A DNA stretch of 64,000 nucleotides from Longimicrobiales bacterium (GTDB lineage: Bacteria > Gemmatimonadota > Gemmatimonadetes > Longimicrobiales > Gaopeijiaceae). This document shows, piece after piece, positions 61,001 to 64,000 of the stretch. Positions within the stretch are counted from its first letter, which is position 1. The number at the start of each line of letters is the position of its first letter. A program made the position numbers and the translations under genes. The notes under the pieces were generated by a model. That model was given only the letters and a program-made list of their open reading frames with translations. It was not told the DNA's origin and did no database searches. The stretch lies in contig CBDCKN010000012.1 of assembly GCA_965218295.1 (NCBI GenBank), positions 128,001-192,000 of the forward strand, given 5' to 3'.

Positions 61001-64000
61001 GTCTTCCCCGGTCAGGGTGTAGACGAAAAGCAACGTCTCCGTCTCCGTGCCGCCCGAGTAGGGTGTCTTTCTTGTCCCCGCGCCCAGCATCAGGCCGATC
61101 GTCGGCGTTCCGCCCGAGACGTCCACCGTCACCGGCTCGCTGAACGTCACCGTCACCCGCACCGAGCTGCCCGACCCCGAGCTGCCCCTTGCCGCCACCG
61201 ATCGCGTGCCGAATCCGTCCTGCCTCCCGTTCCCGGATTGCGTCGACATCAACACCCCCGTCACCACTGGCCCGGACACCGCCACCGGATTGCCCGCGGC
61301 GCCGACCTCGACCACGAGGGCGCCGAGCGCGTTCCCCTGCGAGTCGGCGAGCGCGGCGGCCTTTCCCGGACCCACCGAGATGACCAGCTTTCCCGGCTGC
61401 GGCGCCGGCACCATCGCGCTATAGACCAGCCCCGTCTGCTCCTCCTCGAAGCCGCGCACCACTACGCCGGGACCGCCGACATAGCCCGCCGTCAGATCGC
61501 CGACCTCGAAGCCGCGCACCGCCTCCGAGAACGTCACCTTCACAGCAAACGCTCCGTCCACCGGCGGCCCCGCACCGAGCGTGATCGACACCTCCGGCGG
61601 GTGCCCCAGCGGGTCCGGCCTGCCCCTCGCCGACACCGACCAGGGACCCTCGCCCACCTCGTTGGCCGCCTTCACCCGCAGCGAGTACGTCGTTCCGTTG
61701 ACCAGGCCGGTGAGGGCTGCGGCGTGGGTCGTCTCCTCCCGCTCCCGCACCGTCCCCGACTGCCGCCACTCGACCGTGTAGCTGTCCGCGCCCTCGACCG
61801 CGTCCCAGGTCACGTCCAGGCGCCCGTCGGCTGGCGTGACCACCAGATTGGCTGGCGCCGCCGCCGTCGCCGTCGGCGTGGCCGTCACGTCGGCCGACCA
61901 GGTGCTGTCCTTGCGCTTGATTCCCTCGTCCCACCAGGAGTTGCTCGCCCGCACCCGGAACCAGTGCACCGTCTCGTTGGCCAGTCGGTGGACGGTCGTG
62001 CTCAGCCGCCCCTCGCCGCAGTCCATCGTCTCGGAGGTCTCGAACACCGTCTTCTGACGGTCCTCGCTGTACGCCTCCGTGTCCGTCCGCCACTGGACCG
62101 TGTACTCGGTCGCACCCACGACCTCGTCGAAGCACACCGCCACGCGCCCGTCCCAGGCCGTCACCTCCATGTTCCCCGGCACCCCGAGCGGCGTCGGCGT
62201 GCCGGTGGCCGTCTCCGACCAGCCGCTCTCACCGCCCGCGTTGGCCGCCCGCACCCGCAGCGTGTAGGTCGTTCCGTTGACCAGCCCGGGCACCGTCGCG
62301 GTGTTCACCGTCACCGTCAGTTGCCGCTCGGGATCGAACTCCTCAGTCCCCGATTTCCACTGCACGGTGTACTCCGCCGCGACCGGCACCGCGTCCCAGG
62401 TCACCGCCAGGTTGGTGTCGCCCGCCGTCACCTTCAGCTTCTCCGGGGTCTCGGGCGCCGGCACCTGCGGCGTTCCCGTTTCCGTGGCCGACCAGTCGCT
62501 CTCGCCACCGGCGTTGGCCGCCCGCACCCGCAGCGTATAAGTCGTGCCGTTCGCGAGATCGGGCACCGTCGCCGCGTTCGTCTCCGCCGTGATCTCGCGG
62601 GAGTCCGCAAACGCCCGCCCGCCCGACGTCCACTGCACCTTGTACCGCTCCGCTCCCTCGACCGCGTCCCAGGCCGCATCGAGGCGCCCGTCGCCGCGGG
62701 TCGCCACGACATTCGCCGGCGCCGCCAGGACCGGGGTCGCGGCCGTGACCGCCCCCGACCACTCGCTATCACCCGCGGTGTTGCTGGCACTTACCCGCAC
62801 CATGAAGGCCGCCCCGTTGGCGAGCGGGGACACCGTCGCACTGTTGGTCGTCACCGCAGTCTCGCGGGCGCTCGAGAACGACTCCTCTCCGGATTTCCAC
62901 TGCACCGTGTAGCCGGTCGCCCCGGTGACCGCGTCCCAGGTCACACCGACGCGCGCGTACGCCCCCGTCGCCGACACGCTCTCCGGCGTCGCCGGACCCG
63001 ACCCCGCGGTGGCGTTGGCGACGTTCGAGACCGCGCCCGTGCCCACCGCGTTGATCGCCGAGACCCGGTAGTGCCGCGTCGAGCCTGACGTAAGGCTGGT
63101 GTGGGAGTAGGCGGTGTCGGCCGATCCGGTGTTCGCGGTCCGGTCCGTCCACGTGTTGCCGTTGTCGGACGACACTTCGATCTTGTAGCCGTCGATCGCG
63201 CGGCCTCCGGTGTCCCCCGGCGCGTCCCAGGACAGGTCGATCCGCGTGTCGCCCCTGGCCCGAGCCTTGAGGTTGGCCGGCGCGCCCGGCGCAGTGGGCG
63301 CCACCGTGGACTGATTCGTGACCGGCCGGTCGGTAAAGGACGCCACGTCGTTGAGGGCGTCATCCTGGAGTGCGGCCTGGTCGTCGCCCGGCGTGGGATC
63401 GCGGTAGCTCACCGTGACCGTCTGGCCTTGCCTGATCACCAAACCCAAGCCCCTCAGAAGGACGCTCGTAGACCCGCTGGTGACGGTGCCCACGGTCGTG
63501 GGCGTGCCGTCCGCCGTGACAGTGAAGGCGCTCGCGGGGGGGCCGAAACCGGATCCGGTTCTGACGGCTTCGGTGAATGTGAGGTTGACCTCCGAGCCGT
63601 CCTGGTTCGTGGCCGCGCTCTTGAGGGACGGCGGCTGGGTATCCGAGGAGATGGCGCCGGCGACGTTTGACGGCAGGCCCGCAAAATTCCCCGCGTTGAG
63701 CGCCGAGACCCGGTAGTGCCGGACAGCGCCGTGCGCCAGGCCGGTGTGGACGTAGCTGGTGGCCCGGTTGTCGGTGAGCACCAGGGTGGTCCAGGTCGTG
63801 CCGCCATCGGTGGACGCTTCGATCTTGTAGCCGTGGATACCGGCCCCGGGGACATGGTCCGGCCAGACGAGTCCGGACAGGTCCGGCGCGTTCCAGGCGA
63901 GCCCGATCCGGGTATCGTCGATCCCCGTCGCCCTCAGGTTCGTCGGCGCCGGCAGCACCCGAGAACTGTTCTTGACCACCACGTCGGTGAAGGACGCCGC
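58055..64000 (-). CDS. Giant autotransporter/adhesin (SwmB-like, multiple FN3, Ig-like, Cys-repeat and Calx-beta domains, beta-barrel); 5' part outside the window
   Basis: FN3 repeats (W..V.GA..Y.VQW, YTLRVRAAN), VDYATSDGTAQAGVDY Calx-beta, barrel ending in W; frame open to the window end. Confidence 0.88.
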   Translation of the reverse strand, partial: AASFTDVVVKNSSRVLPAPTNLRATGIDDTRIGLAWNAPDLSGLVWPDHVPGAGIHGYKIEASTDGGTTWTTLVLTDNRATSYVHTGLAHGAVRHYRVSALNAGNFAGLPSNVAGAISSDTQPPSLKSAATNQDGSEVNLTFTEAVRTGSGFGPPASAFTVTADGTPTTVGTVTSGSTSVLLRGLGLVIRQGQTVTVSYRDPTPGDDQAALQDDALNDVASFTDRPVTNQSTVAPTAPGAPANLKARARGDTRIDLSWDAPGDTGGRAIDGYKIEVSSDNGNTWTDRTANTGSADTAYSHTSLTSGSTRHYRVSAINAVGTGAVSNVANATAGSGPATPESVSATGAYARVGVTWDAVTGATGYTVQWKSGEESFSSARETAVTTNSATVSPLANGAAFMVRVSASNTAGDSEWSGAVTAATPVLAAPANVVATRGDGRLDAAWDAVEGAERYKVQWTSGGRAFADSREITAETNAATVPDLANGTTYTLRVRAANAGGESDWSATETGTPQVPAPETPEKLKVTAGDTNLAVTWDAVPVAAEYTVQWKSGTEEFDPERQLTVTVNTATVPGLVNGTTYTLRVRAANAGGESGWSETATGTPTPLGVPGNMEVTAWDGRVAVCFDEVVGATEYTVQWRTDTEAYSEDRQKTVFETSETMDCGEGRLSTTVHRLANETVHWFRVRASNSWWDEGIKRKDSTWSADVTATPTATAAAPANLVVTPADGRLDVTWDAVEGADSYTVEWRQSGTVREREETTHAAALTGLVNGTTYSLRVKAANEVGEGPWSVSARGRPDPLGHPPEVSITLGAGPPVDGAFAVKVTFSEAVRGFEVGDLTAGYVGGPGVVVRGFEEEQTGLVYSAMVPAPQPGKLVISVGPGKAAALADSQGNALGALVVEVGAAGNPVAVSGPVVTGVLMSTQSGNGRQDGFGTRSVAARGSSGSGSSVRVTVTFSEPVTVDVSGGTPTIGLMLGAGTRKTPYSGGTETETLLFVYTLTGEDGSVTGGSVTQNSLTLNGGTIRSWSGEDADLGHPSAALGDAGGGELPALTARFEAAPEAHDGAGTFTVRLVFSEPVAISYQTLRDESLSAAGGSVEAARRVEGRSDLWEITLKPASDEPVTLTLAAGRACDAAGAVCTADGRRLSNEAVLTVPGPAGGGPELTAQFENVPEAHDGQSAFSFQVAFSEDIGISNQTLRDESFTVTGGTITRARRVDGRHDLWEITLKPDSREAVTITLPGGRACGTAGAVCTRADSPRPLGNSPSSTVAGPPAESLTASFSDMPGEHTGDDFAFGLTFSEELDKDFSYRTLRDEAFAVTGGTVRGAKRREQGSNLGWTITVEPDSDGAVTLRLPETTDCGASGAVCTGDGRPLSTSLSATVAGLVGISVADARVEEGAGAVLAFAVTLERAAGGAVTVDYATSDGTAQAGVDYTATSGTLTFDAGDTEKTVEVPVLDDSHDEGEETLTLRLSNASGGRLADAEATGTIENTDPLPRALLARFGRATALHVMEQVEERLDASRAPGLRGRFAGRELRRGMEREMGRNFLSRLESAAVQGARDTTGVQPELGGAELLRMGLGGGDLLMGSGFVLNREMDQGASVSLWSRGMESRFSGRDGELSLDGGVRTTMFGADYAKGPLMAGLMLSHRRGLGGYQGADVGEVASSVTGLHPWVGYKLTERVTLWGVTGYGRGSLSLTPGEALSVPTSVASPIALNGGLSMSMLAGGVRGDLVDAGLGGFGLAFKADALWVGTGSEAVDGPAGRLAATEAVVTRVRTALEASRGYVVGHGIALRLSLEVGLRTDGGDAETGRGADVAASLIASDPLTGLSVDVRVRTLLVHEDEGFRERGVSVSLSYDPTPSTPLGFTARVAPSWGGQAMSGADALWGRDTMAGLGAGGPGSGNRLDGELGYALPVGSRLVGTPRFGVTTSEYGRDYRLGYKLTLLQAGAMNFEFGLDAQRRQSLLGQGDPEHSLHGRVTARW

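Noticed and set aside
1..64000. CRISPR array, tRNA, rRNA, DGR or retron
   Set aside because: No regularly spaced repeats, cloverleafs, rRNA-like sequence or reverse transcriptase were seen by eye; tRNAscan and Infernal were not run.

Overview
GC-rich bacterial chromosome segment. Gene content suggests Gemmatimonadota, and the giant FN3/Calx-beta autotransporter and IS load suggest a host-associated (e.g. sponge) lineage; both are inferences. Positions 1-46.6 kb hold mostly housekeeping and accessory genes: ferredoxin-NADP reductase, mlaEFD, site-2 protease, rho, a DAK2-DegV fusion, ada, an HDAC, thyX with an HNH intein, an acyl-CoA ligase, a sortilin-like hydrolase, gltB without gltD, and a Vgb lyase. 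This part also contains one intact IS256 and many eroded genes. Positions 46.6-64 kb are a mobile-element-rich island: a truncated IS256, a head-to-tail dimer of a 3302-bp IS66-family element, a decayed relative of that element, an IS1595 fragment, AlpA and Cro-like regulators, and a large autotransporter running off the window. The IS66 element has 49-bp perfect IRs and carries a translationally coupled DUF4338 (DruA-like) passenger. The most notable items are the IS66-DUF4338 element and its dimer, an OsmC-like gene with an in-frame UGA plus a SECIS-like hairpin (hidden from the ORF track), a PilB/GspE N-domain-receiver fusion with no ATPase domain, and the HNH-type ThyX intein. No rRNA, tRNA or CRISPR array was seen.
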